A DNA stretch of 53,301 bases from Microcystaceae cyanobacterium (GCA_041746575.1 JBGTGT010000075.1:1-53301); one strand, 5' to 3'. Shown: positions 39,823-51,014, counted from the first letter of the stretch. The notes: generated by a model not told the origin, from the letters alone. A program made the numbers and translations.

Positions 39823-40860
39823 ATGCGGGCAGTTATTTGTGGCTACTATGGGAAAGGAAATGCTGGCGATGAAGCCCTTTTGGTTTCTCTTTTGCAGTTG
39901 CTTCCTTCCCATGTCCATCCTCTTGTCTTATCGGCTAATCCTCAACAAACCGCTCAACAGTATGAAGTGGAAAGTTGCCCGAATCGCTCCCTTTTTTCCC
40001 TTTTAAAAGCCTTTAAACAGTCGGATATCTTTATTTGGGGAGGAGGAAGCTTGATGCAGGATGTCACCAGTTTTATCAGTCCTCTTTATTATGGGGGATT
40101 GATGGCTTTTGCCCAACAACAGGGACTGAAAACAATTGCTTGGGGGCAAGGGATTGGCCCTTTAAATCGTCCCTTTATGCGATGGTTAACGAAGCAAGTC
40201 TTATTGGGCTGTACTGCCATCAGTGTCAGGGATGTTCAATCAGCTGCTTTGTTGTCTCAATGGCATTTGAATCCTATTTTAGCCCCTGATCCTGTTTGGA
40301 CACTGGAAGCCAAACCCGTTAAAAATATTTGGGATTTGCCTGCCCCTCGAATTGCAGTTAATTTGCGTTCTCATCGTCATTTAACGACCGATAAGTTAGA
40401 TGTGTTAACCAAAGCTTTAGTTTCTTTTCAAAAAGCCACGCAAACGACGATTTTATTAGTTCCCTTTCAAGCTTCCCAAGATTTAGCGATCGCTCAGTCA
40501 ATTGCCTCACAATTGTCGGGAGTACATGAAATTATACAGTTAAGCGATCCAAGGGAATTAAAAGGTCTTTTTCGGGGGGTTGAAATGACCATCGGCATGC
40601 GGTTACATAGTTTAATTATGGCCGCCTCTGAAGGATGTCGCTGTTATGGACTGAGTTATGATCCTAAGGTTAGTTACCTGATGGAAGCGTTAAAGATGCC
40701 GGGATGGGAATTAACAGATTTACCTGAAAATCCTAATTTAATTAGTACTGCTTGGTTAGAACACTATGCTAATGGTGATCCCTTAAGTTCGGTGCAAATT
40801 CAAGCATTTATTGATCGTGCTTACTTGCATCAATCGGTGTTATTAGAAGTTTGTCAATAA
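39823..40860 (+). CDS. csaB: Polysaccharide pyruvyl transferase
   Basis: GYYGKGNAGDEALL, GGGSLMQD, QGIGPL, SVRD, MRLHSLI, YDPKV. Confidence 0.92.
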   Translation: MRAVICGYYGKGNAGDEALLVSLLQLLPSHVHPLVLSANPQQTAQQYEVESCPNRSLFSLLKAFKQSDIFIWGGGSLMQDVTSFISPLYYGGLMAFAQQQGLKTIAWGQGIGPLNRPFMRWLTKQVLLGCTAISVRDVQSAALLSQWHLNPILAPDPVWTLEAKPVKNIWDLPAPRIAVNLRSHRHLTTDKLDVLTKALVSFQKATQTTILLVPFQASQDLAIAQSIASQLSGVHEIIQLSDPRELKGLFRGVEMTIGMRLHSLIMAASEGCRCYGLSYDPKVSYLMEALKMPGWELTDLPENPNLISTAWLEHYANGDPLSSVQIQAFIDRAYLHQSVLLEVCQ

Positions 40861-41004
40861 AGAGGCAGAAAATTAATAATTTACCCTTTTCCCTTTTCCC
40901 AAATAAGTTGACGAGATTAAGGCTTAAAGCTAGAATAAACACTGGATAGAAGTATAAACTAAAGCTTTTTAGCCCATTTTTGTGACTAAAGTGATTGAAT
41001 CTCT

Positions 41005-42558
41005 ATGGATTTTTCCTCAACTATTGCCAGTCAATTGAATGCAGGGGTCATCCTTCCTGAAGGAATCGTTACCCTCACCCTGATGATTGTCCTGCTAGGA
41101 GATATTATCAGTGGACGACGCGCCATCCGTTGGTTACCCTATGCGGCGATCGCAGGTTTACTCATTGCCATTGCTTCTTTGTATTTTTCTTGGAATACGG
41201 CTAATCCAATCGGTTTTCTGGGCGCATTTAACGGGGATAACCTCAGTATCGTCTTTCGTGCTATTATCGCCCTTTCTACCGTTGTGACCATTTTAATGTC
41301 TATCCGCTACATTGAACAAACGGGGACGGCTTTAGCAGAGTTTATCGCTATCTTGTTAACAGCGACGTTAGGAGCAATGTTCCTTTCGGCGGCGAATGAA
41401 CTGGTGATGATCTTTATTTCCTTGGAATTACTCAGTATTTCGTCTTATTTGATGACGGGATACATGAAACGCGATCCTCGCTCCAATGAAGCGGCCTTAA
41501 AATACCTCTTAATTGGGGCTTCGAGTTCGGCTATTTTCCTCTATGGTGTTTCATTATTGTATGGTTTATCAGGGGGAGAGACCATTTTAAGTGACATTTC
41601 CAATAATATTATCAATGCCGAGGGATTACAATCATTGGCTTTAGCAATCTCTCTGGTGTTCGTAATTGCAGGGATTGCTTTTAAAATTTCGGCAGTTCCT
41701 TTTCACCAGTGGACACCCGACGTGTACGAAGGTTCACCAACCCCTGTGGTTGCCTTTCTGTCGGTGGGATCGAAAGCCGCTGGGTTTGCTTTGGCGATTC
41801 GCTTATTAGTCACAGCATTTTCGGGGGTTACTGAAGAATGGCAGGTTATTTTCACCGCTTTGGCTATCTTGAGCATGGTTTTAGGGAATGTCGTCGCGCT
41901 CGCTCAAACCAGTATGAAACGGATGTTGGCTTATTCCTCGATTGGGCAAGCAGGTTTTGTGATGATTGGCTTAATTGCGGGTACAGAGGCGGGCTATTCT
42001 AGTATGGTGTTTTACCTGCTAGTTTATCTCTTTATGAATTTAGGTGCGTTCACTTGTATAATTCTTTTTTCTTTACGCACAGGTACAGATCAAATTAGTG
42101 AGTATGCAGGACTATACCAAAGAGATCCTTTATTAACCTTTGGTTTGAGTATTTGCTTGTTATCTCTAGCAGGAATTCCTCCTTTAGCGGGATTTTTTGG
42201 TAAGATTTATCTGTTTTGGGCAGGTTGGCAAGCGGGGTTATACGGTCTCGTTTTGTTAGGGTTAGTGACTAGCGTGGTGTCAATTTACTATTACATCCGC
42301 GTTGTAAAAATGATGGTGGTCAAAGAACCACAAGAAATGTCTGATGCAGTGAAGAATTACCCAGAAATTCGCTGGAATGTATCAGGAATGCGACCGTTAC
42401 AAGTGGGTTTGGTTTTATCGGTTATTGCCACCTCTTTGGCGGGAATTTTAGCGAATCCCTTATTTACGCTAGCGAATAATTCTGTTACCAGTACACCAAT
42501 GTTACAAACGGCAACCTTAGCCCCTCAAGTTGTTCAAACTGAGCGAAATACGCATTAA
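41005..42558 (+). CDS. ndhB: NAD(P)H-quinone oxidoreductase subunit 2 (NdhB)
   Basis: [61 protein letters not shown]. Confidence 0.97.
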   Translation: MDFSSTIASQLNAGVILPEGIVTLTLMIVLLGDIISGRRAIRWLPYAAIAGLLIAIASLYFSWNTANPIGFLGAFNGDNLSIVFRAIIALSTVVTILMSIRYIEQTGTALAEFIAILLTATLGAMFLSAANELVMIFISLELLSISSYLMTGYMKRDPRSNEAALKYLLIGASSSAIFLYGVSLLYGLSGGETILSDISNNIINAEGLQSLALAISLVFVIAGIAFKISAVPFHQWTPDVYEGSPTPVVAFLSVGSKAAGFALAIRLLVTAFSGVTEEWQVIFTALAILSMVLGNVVALAQTSMKRMLAYSSIGQAGFVMIGLIAGTEAGYSSMVFYLLVYLFMNLGAFTCIILFSLRTGTDQISEYAGLYQRDPLLTFGLSICLLSLAGIPPLAGFFGKIYLFWAGWQAGLYGLVLLGLVTSVVSIYYYIRVVKMMVVKEPQEMSDAVKNYPEIRWNVSGMRPLQVGLVLSVIATSLAGILANPLFTLANNSVTSTPMLQTATLAPQVVQTERNTH

Positions 42559-42582
42559 TTATCATTATTTTAGGTAAGTAAC

Positions 42583-42622
42583 AAGATAGGGGTGAAACTG
42601 TTTTACTCCTATCTTTCTTTTT
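42583..42622 (+). terminator. Intrinsic terminator after ndhB
   Basis: AAGATAGGGGTGAAA..TTTTACTCCTATCTT followed by a T-rich tail. Confidence 0.65.
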
Positions 42623-42707
42623 GTTTAGGATTAAGAGGATTTGTTCAAAAAAAGAGAGTGTGTAACTCGTTTTTTAGCCTATAATTCGTTCAGTTATGAG
42701 GAAAAAG

Positions 42708-43070
42708 ATGTCTGGTAAGCTCACAACCCATGTTCTTGATACCGTTAAAGGAAGTCCTGCGATCGCAATGACCATTGAATTATGGTCAATTGATTCAACT
42801 TCTAACCAAAAAACTTTACTCAAAACCGTCAAAACAAACGACGATGGACGCACTCACGAGCCCTTATTAAAGGAAGAAGAGTTTAAAGCAGGTATTTATG
42901 AATTAGTATTTCATGCTGATGCTTACTTTCGTCAATATATTAATGATTTACCTCAGCCGCCTTTCTTGGAAAAAGTTCCGTTGCGGTTTGGTATTGCTGA
43001 TCTCAATTCCCATTACCACGTACCTTTACTGACTTCTCCTTGGTCTTATAGCACTTATCGAGGCAGTTAG
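42708..43070 (+). CDS. uraH: 5-hydroxyisourate hydrolase (transthyretin-like)
   Basis: LTTHVLD, TNDDGR, HYHVPLL, C-terminal YRGS. Start set at MSGKL (GAGG RBS); TATAAT at 42680-42685. Confidence 0.95.
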   Translation: MSGKLTTHVLDTVKGSPAIAMTIELWSIDSTSNQKTLLKTVKTNDDGRTHEPLLKEEEFKAGIYELVFHADAYFRQYINDLPQPPFLEKVPLRFGIADLNSHYHVPLLTSPWSYSTYRGS

Positions 43071-43149
43071 CACTAATCAGTAAACCATCTTTCTTGCCGC
43101 TTAATTACTATTTTTTTTCACCGTATCTCACCTGTATAAAAATTGCGAT

Positions 43150-43788
43150 ATGGATCATTTTTCTCCAGAAACCTCTTCTGTAAGCTTCATCATTGAGCAG
43201 GATATTCCACCCGAAAAAACAGACGATTTTTTAAAATGGCAAGCCGAGATTATTGAAGCTTCCCGTCAATTTAAAGGGTTTTTAAGAACTGAAAATTTTC
43301 CCCCTTCTTCCAATACTCGCCCTAAATGGTACACGGTCATTCACTTTGATACCCCTGAAAATTTAACGCAATGGTTAGATTCGGAAGTTCGTCATCAATT
43401 TATTAGAACGCGACCAGATAAATTAGGATTTTATCGCTTTTATTCCTATAAAACAGGCTTTGAGGCATGGCTATCTAAACAGAAAAATTTGCCGAAATGG
43501 AAACAGGGATTATCTGTATTGTTTGGACTTTATCCAACCGTTATGTTAGAAAGTATTTTATTTTCTCACTGGCCAATTACGGAATCTTGGTCTTTCGCTA
43601 CTATAATATTGCTCAATAACTTAATTAGTTGTTTGATTTTAACTTGGCTTGTCATGCCTTTGGTAACCCGACTATTTCAATTCTGGTTAAAACCTCAGAA
43701 ACCGTCTCTACAAATAGATTATCTAGGCGCACTATTAATTATATTTGGATTAGGCTTAATGGTGTCCTTTTTTACAACTTTCATTTAA
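43150..43788 (+). CDS. ABM (antibiotic biosynthesis monooxygenase)-fold protein with C-terminal membrane helices
   Basis: FLKWQAEI...FKGF...VIHFDTPENLTQWLDS (ABM-like), GFEAW..PKWKQ..LYP, LTWLVMP; three hydrophobic segments. Confidence 0.75.
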   Translation: MDHFSPETSSVSFIIEQDIPPEKTDDFLKWQAEIIEASRQFKGFLRTENFPPSSNTRPKWYTVIHFDTPENLTQWLDSEVRHQFIRTRPDKLGFYRFYSYKTGFEAWLSKQKNLPKWKQGLSVLFGLYPTVMLESILFSHWPITESWSFATIILLNNLISCLILTWLVMPLVTRLFQFWLKPQKPSLQIDYLGALLIIFGLGLMVSFFTTFI

Positions 43789-43828
43789 ACATCAGCGATA
43801 TCATTGATCTAACGCTTATCATTTATAT

Positions 43829-45190
43829 ATGATGACCACTTTACTGATTAAAAATATTCATACTTTGATCACAATGGATGCCCAAAAACGAGAAATCTGT
43901 CACGGGGCTTTATTGATACACAATAATATCATTGAACAGGTGGGAACAACTTCAGAATTACCTGATACTGCCGATGAAATTCTGGATTTAAATCATCATC
44001 ACTTAGTTTTACCCGGCTTTGTTAATACCCATCATCACTTTTATCAAGTCCTTACCCGAACTGTTCCCAATGCCCAAAATGGCACTTTATTTGAATGGTT
44101 AAAAACCCTCTATCCTCTTTGGTCGAATTTAACTCCCGATGCTCTTGATGCGGGATGTCAAATGGCGGCTGCCGAGTTAATTTTATCAGGTTGCACAACA
44201 GCAAGCGATCATCTTTACTTATTTCCTAATAATTGCACCCTTGATGATGAAATTCGAGCTATCCAAAACATCGGTTTACGCTTTCACGCCAGTCGAGGCA
44301 GTATGAGTGTGGGTGAAAGTAACGGTGGACTCCCCCCCGATAGTTTAGTTGAGCGTGAAGCAGATATATTAAAGGATTCTCAGCGACTGATTGAGCAGTA
44401 TCACGATAATCGTCGTCATAGTATGTTAAAAATTACCCTTGCCCCCTGTTCTCCCTTTTCCGTCTCTCAAGACTTGATGCGAGAATCTGCCGCCCTAGCA
44501 CGGTCTTATACAGGAGTTAGATTACATACCCATTTAGCCGAAAATAAGGCAGATGTTGCTTACAGTTTAGCTAAATTTGGTTTAATTCCAGGTGATTATG
44601 CTGAATCCGTTGGGTGGCTAGGGAATGATGTTTGGCACGCTCACTGTGTTCAATTAACCGATCAATCTATTGCGAAATTTGGTCAAACGGGAACGGGAGT
44701 CGCCCACTGTCCTTGTAGTAATATGCGTTTAGGCAGTGGCATTGCCCCTTTGCGTAAACTGTTAAATCATCGTGTTCCCGTGGGGTTGGGGGTGGATGGT
44801 TCAGCATCCAATGATACAGGGAATCTGTTACAAGAAGCAAGAATAGCGTTTTTATTAGCACGGGTGAGAGATTGTGATGCCTCAGTTATAACAGCTAGAG
44901 AAATGCTAGAAATTGCCACATTAGGCGGCGCAAAGGTGCTAGGACGGGACGATATTGGTTCTCTTGCCCCCGGAATGTCAGCCGATTTCATTGCAGTGAA
45001 CTGCGATCGCCCCGAATTTACGGGATGCCATGATCTGGTGGCGGCTTTAATTTTTTGTCAAGTCAGTGGGGTTGATTATAGTTTCATTAATGGTCAAAAA
45101 GTGGTTGATCAAGGCAGATTAACCACGGTTGATTTAGCCGCCTTGATTGGGAAAACTGAGCAAATGAGCCAAAAATTGAGACAAAGTTAA
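43829..45190 (+). CDS. 8-oxoguanine deaminase (amidohydrolase family)
   Basis: PGFVNTHHHFYQ.LTR, DHLYLFP, FHASRGSMS.G...GGLPPD, APCSPFSVS, HTHLAEN, HCPCSNMRLGSG, GVDGSASND. PCSPFS and SN are typical of 8-oxoguanine deaminases. Confidence 0.85.
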   Translation: MMTTLLIKNIHTLITMDAQKREICHGALLIHNNIIEQVGTTSELPDTADEILDLNHHHLVLPGFVNTHHHFYQVLTRTVPNAQNGTLFEWLKTLYPLWSNLTPDALDAGCQMAAAELILSGCTTASDHLYLFPNNCTLDDEIRAIQNIGLRFHASRGSMSVGESNGGLPPDSLVEREADILKDSQRLIEQYHDNRRHSMLKITLAPCSPFSVSQDLMRESAALARSYTGVRLHTHLAENKADVAYSLAKFGLIPGDYAESVGWLGNDVWHAHCVQLTDQSIAKFGQTGTGVAHCPCSNMRLGSGIAPLRKLLNHRVPVGLGVDGSASNDTGNLLQEARIAFLLARVRDCDASVITAREMLEIATLGGAKVLGRDDIGSLAPGMSADFIAVNCDRPEFTGCHDLVAALIFCQVSGVDYSFINGQKVVDQGRLTTVDLAALIGKTEQMSQKLRQS

Positions 45191-45243
45191 GGCTAGGAGA
45201 ACAAGGATTAACTTTGGTACTTGAGTTCAAAGTAAGCCTCAAA

Positions 45244-47826
45244 TTAATCTGAATTTTCTTCCGTGATACCTTCTTCTTCCCCCTCCACTTCTGGGGGAAC
45301 TAAAGCAACCGCCGCGATCGCATCCTCTTCATCTAAACGTTGAACCCTGACGCCCGACGCATGACGAGATTGTAAGGAAATCGCATTCACTGCCTGACGC
45401 ATAATAATGCCCCGACTTGTAACGATCATCAGTTCATCTTCTTCGTTAACGACATGGATAGCGGCTAAGCGATCCGTTGCATTTTTAAACTTAATAGCAC
45501 GAACCCCCATTCCGGCACGATTTTGCAGACGAAATTGAGTAACAGGCACCCGTTTTCCGTATCCTCCCATCGTAATTGCCAACATCCAAGGGCCAGGATT
45601 GGTTTCCTCGGTGACCACTTCTTCGCTTTCTACTTCTAAAAGTTCGTCGTCTTCTTCCTCTGCGGTTTGTAGGTTGGCAATAATTTGTGAAGGTAAAATA
45701 TCCATACTGATGATTTCATCGCCTTTAATCTTGAATTTCATGGATTTCACCCCTTTAGTATTCCGTCCCAACGGTCGCAATTGTTGACGATCAGTTTTAA
45801 AATGAATCGCCATGCCGTGGCGCGTACCAATAATCGCACTATCTTCTTCTCTGGCTAAACGCACCCATCGCAGTTGATCGCCGTCATTTAAAGAAATCGC
45901 AATTAAACCGTTAGCACGAATATGACTAAAGGCAGAAAGAGCTGTTTTCTTAATAAAACCCTTACGAGTGAGCATAATTAGGTATTCATCTTCAGTAAAT
46001 TCGGTCACTGAGAGAATGGAGGTAATTTTTTCATCTCTGGGAATGGGTAACATCTGAATGATGGGAATTCCTCTGGCGGTGCGAGATCCGGCCGGAATTT
46101 GATAGGCGTTTAGGCAATAAACCACACCGCGATCGCTAAAGAACAAGAGTGTATCATGGTCACAGCAGGAGATAAAATGCTCAACACCATCATCTTCCTT
46201 AATTTTTGCCGCCGCCTTGCCTCGGGTTGCCCGACTTTGGGCATTGAAGGTATCCACAGGCATCCGCTTAATGTAACCTTGTTCGGTAACGATAATAATG
46301 GCTTTTTCGTTTGCAATTAAGTCCCTATCAATGATTTCCCCGTCTTCGAGAATAATTTCCGTTCTTCTTGGCGATCCATGCAGATTTTGAATATCGGTGA
46401 GCTCTTCTTCAATGATGGCATCGATGCGTTCTTTACGGGCGAGAATATCGTTTAAATCAGTAATTTTCTCAAGCAATTCAGTGTGTTCTGCGTGGATTTT
46501 CTCCGCTTCTAAGGCGGTTAAGCGACGCAATTGCATTTGTAAGATGGCATCTGCTTGAGGCTCGGATAGTCCAAATTCGTCCACTAATCCCTGTTTAGCG
46601 GTGGCGGTATCGGCGGCAGCGCGAATGAGTTGAATAACCGCATCGAGGTTACCGAGCGCAATCAATAAACCTTGGAGGACGTGATCCCGTTCTTCCGCTT
46701 TACGGAGTTCATACTGAGTGCGTTTTCGGATTGTTTCTACTCGAAAATCGAGGAAGACCGTTAAAAACTCTCTTATGGTTAATAATTGTGGCTCACCATT
46801 GACTAAGGCTAACATATTCGCCCCAAAATTCGCTTGAATAGGGGTTTGTTTATACAGGTTATTGAGAACGACGCGGGGATAAGCATCTCGTTTCAGTTCA
46901 ATCACAATTCGCATTCCATCGCGATCGCTTTCATCCCGAATGTCGGAAATACCTTCCAAGCGTTTATCATTAACCAATTCAGCGATTTTTTCGATTAAAG
47001 CGGCTTTATTAGTTTGATAGGGCAATTGAGTGACGATAATAGCTTCTTTGTCGGGTCTTCCTCGCTGTTGCAGGGTTTCAATACTAGCCACCCCTCGCAT
47101 GGTAATTGAACCCCGTCCCGTTGTATAAGCGTCTCTAATGCCGCTACGCCCTAAAATTTGACCACCTGTGGGGAAATCTGGTCCTGGAATCAATTTGATT
47201 AAATCGTTAACCGTTAAGTCTGGATCATGAATCAAAGCGATTACCGCGTCGATCAATTCCTTTAGATTATGGGGAGCAATATTGGTAGCCATCCCGACGG
47301 CAATACCGGATGAACCGTTGAGCAGAAGCTGGGGGATGCGAGCAGGTAAAACGACGGGTTCTTGTTGCGATCCGTCAAAGGTATCAATAAAGTCAACGGT
47401 TTCTGATTCAATATCCCTTAAAAGGGCATTAGTTGATAAGGCTTGCAAGCGACATTCTGTGTAACGCATCGCCGCCGGCGGATCATTGTCCACCGAACCA
47501 AAGTTACCATGACCATTAATCAGGGGATCTCGCATCGAAAAAGGCTGCGCCATCCGCACTAAGGCATCATATACTGCCGTGTCCCCGTGGGGGTGATATT
47601 TCCCTAAAACTTCCCCCACCACCCTTGCACACTTCCGGAAAGGGCGATCGGGGGTTAATCCTAATTCATACATCGCATAGAGAATCCGACGGTGAACGGG
47701 TTTTAACCCATCCCTCGCATCAGGTAAAGCCCGTCCCACGATGACGCTCATGGCGTATTCTAGATAAGAACGGGACATTTCGTTACTTAAGTCGGTGGGA
47801 ATAACGCGATCGGGTACGGATGCCAT
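45244..47826 (-). CDS. gyrA: DNA gyrase subunit A
   Basis: [42 protein letters not shown]-terminal beta-pinwheel with QSRATRG GyrA-box variant. Confidence 0.97.
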   Translation of the reverse strand: MASVPDRVIPTDLSNEMSRSYLEYAMSVIVGRALPDARDGLKPVHRRILYAMYELGLTPDRPFRKCARVVGEVLGKYHPHGDTAVYDALVRMAQPFSMRDPLINGHGNFGSVDNDPPAAMRYTECRLQALSTNALLRDIESETVDFIDTFDGSQQEPVVLPARIPQLLLNGSSGIAVGMATNIAPHNLKELIDAVIALIHDPDLTVNDLIKLIPGPDFPTGGQILGRSGIRDAYTTGRGSITMRGVASIETLQQRGRPDKEAIIVTQLPYQTNKAALIEKIAELVNDKRLEGISDIRDESDRDGMRIVIELKRDAYPRVVLNNLYKQTPIQANFGANMLALVNGEPQLLTIREFLTVFLDFRVETIRKRTQYELRKAEERDHVLQGLLIALGNLDAVIQLIRAAADTATAKQGLVDEFGLSEPQADAILQMQLRRLTALEAEKIHAEHTELLEKITDLNDILARKERIDAIIEEELTDIQNLHGSPRRTEIILEDGEIIDRDLIANEKAIIIVTEQGYIKRMPVDTFNAQSRATRGKAAAKIKEDDGVEHFISCCDHDTLLFFSDRGVVYCLNAYQIPAGSRTARGIPIIQMLPIPRDEKITSILSVTEFTEDEYLIMLTRKGFIKKTALSAFSHIRANGLIAISLNDGDQLRWVRLAREEDSAIIGTRHGMAIHFKTDRQQLRPLGRNTKGVKSMKFKIKGDEIISMDILPSQIIANLQTAEEEDDELLEVESEEVVTEETNPGPWMLAITMGGYGKRVPVTQFRLQNRAGMGVRAIKFKNATDRLAAIHVVNEEDELMIVTSRGIIMRQAVNAISLQSRHASGVRVQRLDEEDAIAAVALVPPEVEGEEEGITEENSD

Positions 47827-48336
47827 AAAGATTAAAGTTCTATTTTTAGGGTAAATGGTTAAGTTGATCAGATTTGACAGCGAAAAGAGGACTTTATCGC
47901 TTTTTTTACCAAAAATTTATCAGTTTGTTTCCATATTTTAACATAAAATCCCCGTGACCGATGAATCTATCAAGATAGCACTACGTATTAAGTTTGGGAT
48001 ACTCTAAGATCCTAAAAACAGGTCGCAGAGAAGCTTTAAATGCTACATCTGCCATAGATTCCTACTTTGTCTCTTTCTTTACCGTCTAAAAGCTTTTTAT
48101 CCTAGAGAATAATGAACAATCTTTCTTCGTGTAATATGGATTCAATAGTGATTTCTGACATACTTGCAAGCACATTATTGTAAAACAGAATAGTTTATTA
48201 AATTTCTCTCCGGAATGGTCGCTTAAGCCATTGAAATTCTGTTAGGGCGTTCTACACCTCAAAACTTTTGGTGACAGCACCCTTCTTTAGAATCATCAAA
48301 CTTGATCTTTTAGGCTAAGAAAAATTAAAGATACTA

Positions 48337-49737
48337 ATGCAACAAATCTCCTCTCTTACTATCCTGATTTTCATATTTCTAGGAATTGTCACTCACTTTC
48401 CGGCGGCATTACTCGCTGAAAAAAGAGGATTTCGACCGAACACTTCCTCGTTTCTTCTAAGCTCCGATGTAGAAACACTTAGAGAAAAGTCAAATCTGGC
48501 AGATATCCGTTATCCTGAGCAAGATAGCTATTGGTCTAATCAAGTTTTAACATTAGAAAGTCAATGGGAAGGGGTCTATGAAAAATATTTTAAAACTGAC
48601 TTTGTGAGTCTATCCTTAACATCAAGTCAGATTGCCCAAAAACTCAGTCAGTTGAGTCAGCAAACTCATAAAAAACCGGCCATTATTTGGATGACGTCCA
48701 CCCCAGACTATTTAGTTTTATATGTGATAACCCCAGGACAACCTCCGATCGGAACTAGAGTTCGAGCCGGTAATCAAGAAGCACTTTCTAAGGCAATCAG
48801 GCAATTTTATCAGCAAATTTCGACCCCTCAATCTTTTGCCTATTTGAAGACGGCACAGCAATTATATCAATTGATGATCTTACCTGTTGAATATCATCTA
48901 CGCACCCACAAAATTGATACCTTGATTTTGTGTGTTGGACCTGAATTACGCTCTTTTCCTTTTGCTGGACTGCATGATGGACAAAAATATTTAATTGAAA
49001 AGTATGCAATTACTCGAATTCCCGGTTTCAATCTTACTAACTGGAATTACACTCCTTTAGAATTAGAAAAAGCTCAAATTTTAGCCATGGGAGCATCAGT
49101 GTTTCTCAATGATTCACCTCTACCCGGTGTTGCAGCAGAATTATCAGCAATTACACCTCAATTGTGGACAGGAGTTACTCTACTCAATCAAGAATTTACC
49201 TTAACGAATTTAAAAAAAGAACGACAAACCCGACCTTATTCCATCATTCATTTGGCAACCCATGCTAAATTCAACCCCGGAGATTCCAGCAATTCCTACA
49301 TTCAATTTTCTGATACTCGACTCAATCTTACTCAAATGAAAGAACTCAACTGGCATCAACCCCCCGTTAATTTATTAGTTCTTAGTGCTTGTAATACTGC
49401 TTTAGGAGATATTAATGCAGAACTGGGTTTTGTCGGGTTGGCTATTCAATCGGGAGTAAATTCAGCCATCGGTAGTTTGTGGCAAGTGAGCGATTTAGGA
49501 ACATTAGGCATTATGAGTGAGTTTTATTGGCAACTTAAAACCAATCCTCTTAAAGCTGAAGCCCTCAGACAAGCACAAATAGCCATGATTCAGGGTCAAA
49601 TTCGTTGGAGAGAAGGGCATTTAGAAACCCCTAGAGCCAAAATTTTTGTACCTTCAGCTTTAATAAAATCAGAAACGTTAGATTTTTCTCATCCTTACTA
49701 CTGGAGTGGATTTTCTTTGGTGGGCAATCCCTTTTAA
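48337..49737 (+). CDS. Secreted CHAT-domain (caspase-like) protein
   Basis: N-terminal hydrophobic signal; IIHLATHA, VLSACNTALG, SLWQVSD, HPYYWSGFSLVGNPF. Confidence 0.9.
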   Translation: MQQISSLTILIFIFLGIVTHFPAALLAEKRGFRPNTSSFLLSSDVETLREKSNLADIRYPEQDSYWSNQVLTLESQWEGVYEKYFKTDFVSLSLTSSQIAQKLSQLSQQTHKKPAIIWMTSTPDYLVLYVITPGQPPIGTRVRAGNQEALSKAIRQFYQQISTPQSFAYLKTAQQLYQLMILPVEYHLRTHKIDTLILCVGPELRSFPFAGLHDGQKYLIEKYAITRIPGFNLTNWNYTPLELEKAQILAMGASVFLNDSPLPGVAAELSAITPQLWTGVTLLNQEFTLTNLKKERQTRPYSIIHLATHAKFNPGDSSNSYIQFSDTRLNLTQMKELNWHQPPVNLLVLSACNTALGDINAELGFVGLAIQSGVNSAIGSLWQVSDLGTLGIMSEFYWQLKTNPLKAEALRQAQIAMIQGQIRWREGHLETPRAKIFVPSALIKSETLDFSHPYYWSGFSLVGNPF

Positions 49738-49813
49738 CAATAAACCTTTTACGTAAGGAAGCAAAAAGATGCGTTATTATTCCAAACTTAATGCGTAGTG
49801 CTATAAAGTTTAA

Positions 49814-50926
49814 TTAACCTTCACAAACGACTCGAAAGCCAATCTGATTAAGGGGAGCCGCAGTGGGAGAATAAGCATAGCGGGAAGCACTCCGACAATA
49901 CTGAGGGTCAAAATCCCAAGATCCGCCTCGCAAAATCCGACGATTAGCAGGATTTTCCGATAACCAAGCTATTCCCGACGAAGGCGCATTATCATAATTG
50001 GGATGCCAGTGATCGAAACACCATTCCCAGACATTGCCGTGCATATCATATAACCCAAAGGGATTGGGATAAAATGTGCCAACAAAAGTCGTTTCTTGAC
50101 GGTAAGTTTGAGGAGGTTCATTCAAATACACTCGATTAGCCATATAATTCGCTAGTTCTCCCAGTAAAGTTTCTCCATACGCAAAGGGAGTCGTTTTTCC
50201 TCCACGACAGGCGTACTCCCATTCAGCTTCGGTCGGAAGACGATACAAACGTTGGCTATATTCGGATAAGCGTTGACAAAATTCTATTGCCTCTTGCCAA
50301 GAAACTTGTTCCACTGGACGGTCGTCACCTTGGAAATAGGAAGGATTTAAAAGCAAATCTTGTTTTATTTTAGGTAAACTAGCGATTTTACGCCATTGCG
50401 CTTGTGTAATCGGACACTGGGACAAAAAAAAAGCAGAAATTATCACGGAATGTTGAGGATACTCACACCCTTGACTATACAAAGTTTCGGGGAAAGATCC
50501 CATCTCAAAACGCCCTTTGGGAAGATAAATCATTTTTAAATCCAGATTATCCTCAAGATATTCTACAAAATACTTAATTTCTTGAGAAAAACACTGTAAA
50601 GTTTTCCCTTGTGCGTCAACTTCAAGCGTTTCGATTTCCTCAAATTGAAGAGATTCAATGGGTTTGAAAGATTTAGCGGTATAATAAGCTTGATTTGTGG
50701 CAATTGGGGAAATTTCCTCTAAGGCAGTTAACCGTTGTTCGATCTGTAGCAGACGTTTTTCGATGCCATCGGTGGTTGCTTCTTTTAAGGCGACTCCCTG
50801 ATTCAAATAAGTGGTTAAAGCATTCACTAGCACTTTAGATTTAGCGATTCCGTTCTTTTCAGCCAACTGTACCAGTTTTTTATATAATTCATCAGACAGT
50901 CTAACGCTCACTTGATTTTTGGTCAT
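49814..50926 (-). CDS. FGE-sulfatase (SUMF1/CLec) domain protein with N-terminal RHH domain
   Basis: N-terminus QVSVRLSDELYKKLVQLAEKNGIAKSKVLVNAL (RHH); C-terminal F.MGS, RPVEQVSW, RLPTEAEWEYACR, GLYDMHGNVWEW, RGGSW, GFRVVC. Confidence 0.88.
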   Translation of the reverse strand: MTKNQVSVRLSDELYKKLVQLAEKNGIAKSKVLVNALTTYLNQGVALKEATTDGIEKRLLQIEQRLTALEEISPIATNQAYYTAKSFKPIESLQFEEIETLEVDAQGKTLQCFSQEIKYFVEYLEDNLDLKMIYLPKGRFEMGSFPETLYSQGCEYPQHSVIISAFFLSQCPITQAQWRKIASLPKIKQDLLLNPSYFQGDDRPVEQVSWQEAIEFCQRLSEYSQRLYRLPTEAEWEYACRGGKTTPFAYGETLLGELANYMANRVYLNEPPQTYRQETTFVGTFYPNPFGLYDMHGNVWEWCFDHWHPNYDNAPSSGIAWLSENPANRRILRGGSWDFDPQYCRSASRYAYSPTAAPLNQIGFRVVCEG

Positions 50927-50984
50927 ATTTCTTGAATCGTATCTATTAACCCGTTTAAATTAATTGTAACGATTAAAGCGGCGC

Positions 50985-51014
50985 AAAAAAACCCAGACTT
51001 AGATTGCTGGGCTT
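50985..51014 (-). terminator. Intrinsic terminator downstream of the 51153-51545 gene
   Basis: Minus strand AGCCCAG-CAATCTAAGT-CTGGGTT followed by a T-run. Confidence 0.55.

Noticed and set aside
45599..45680. Acidic insertion in the GyrA C-terminal domain as an intein or novel insert
   Set aside because: Short low-complexity loop with no intein motifs; common in cyanobacterial GyrA.
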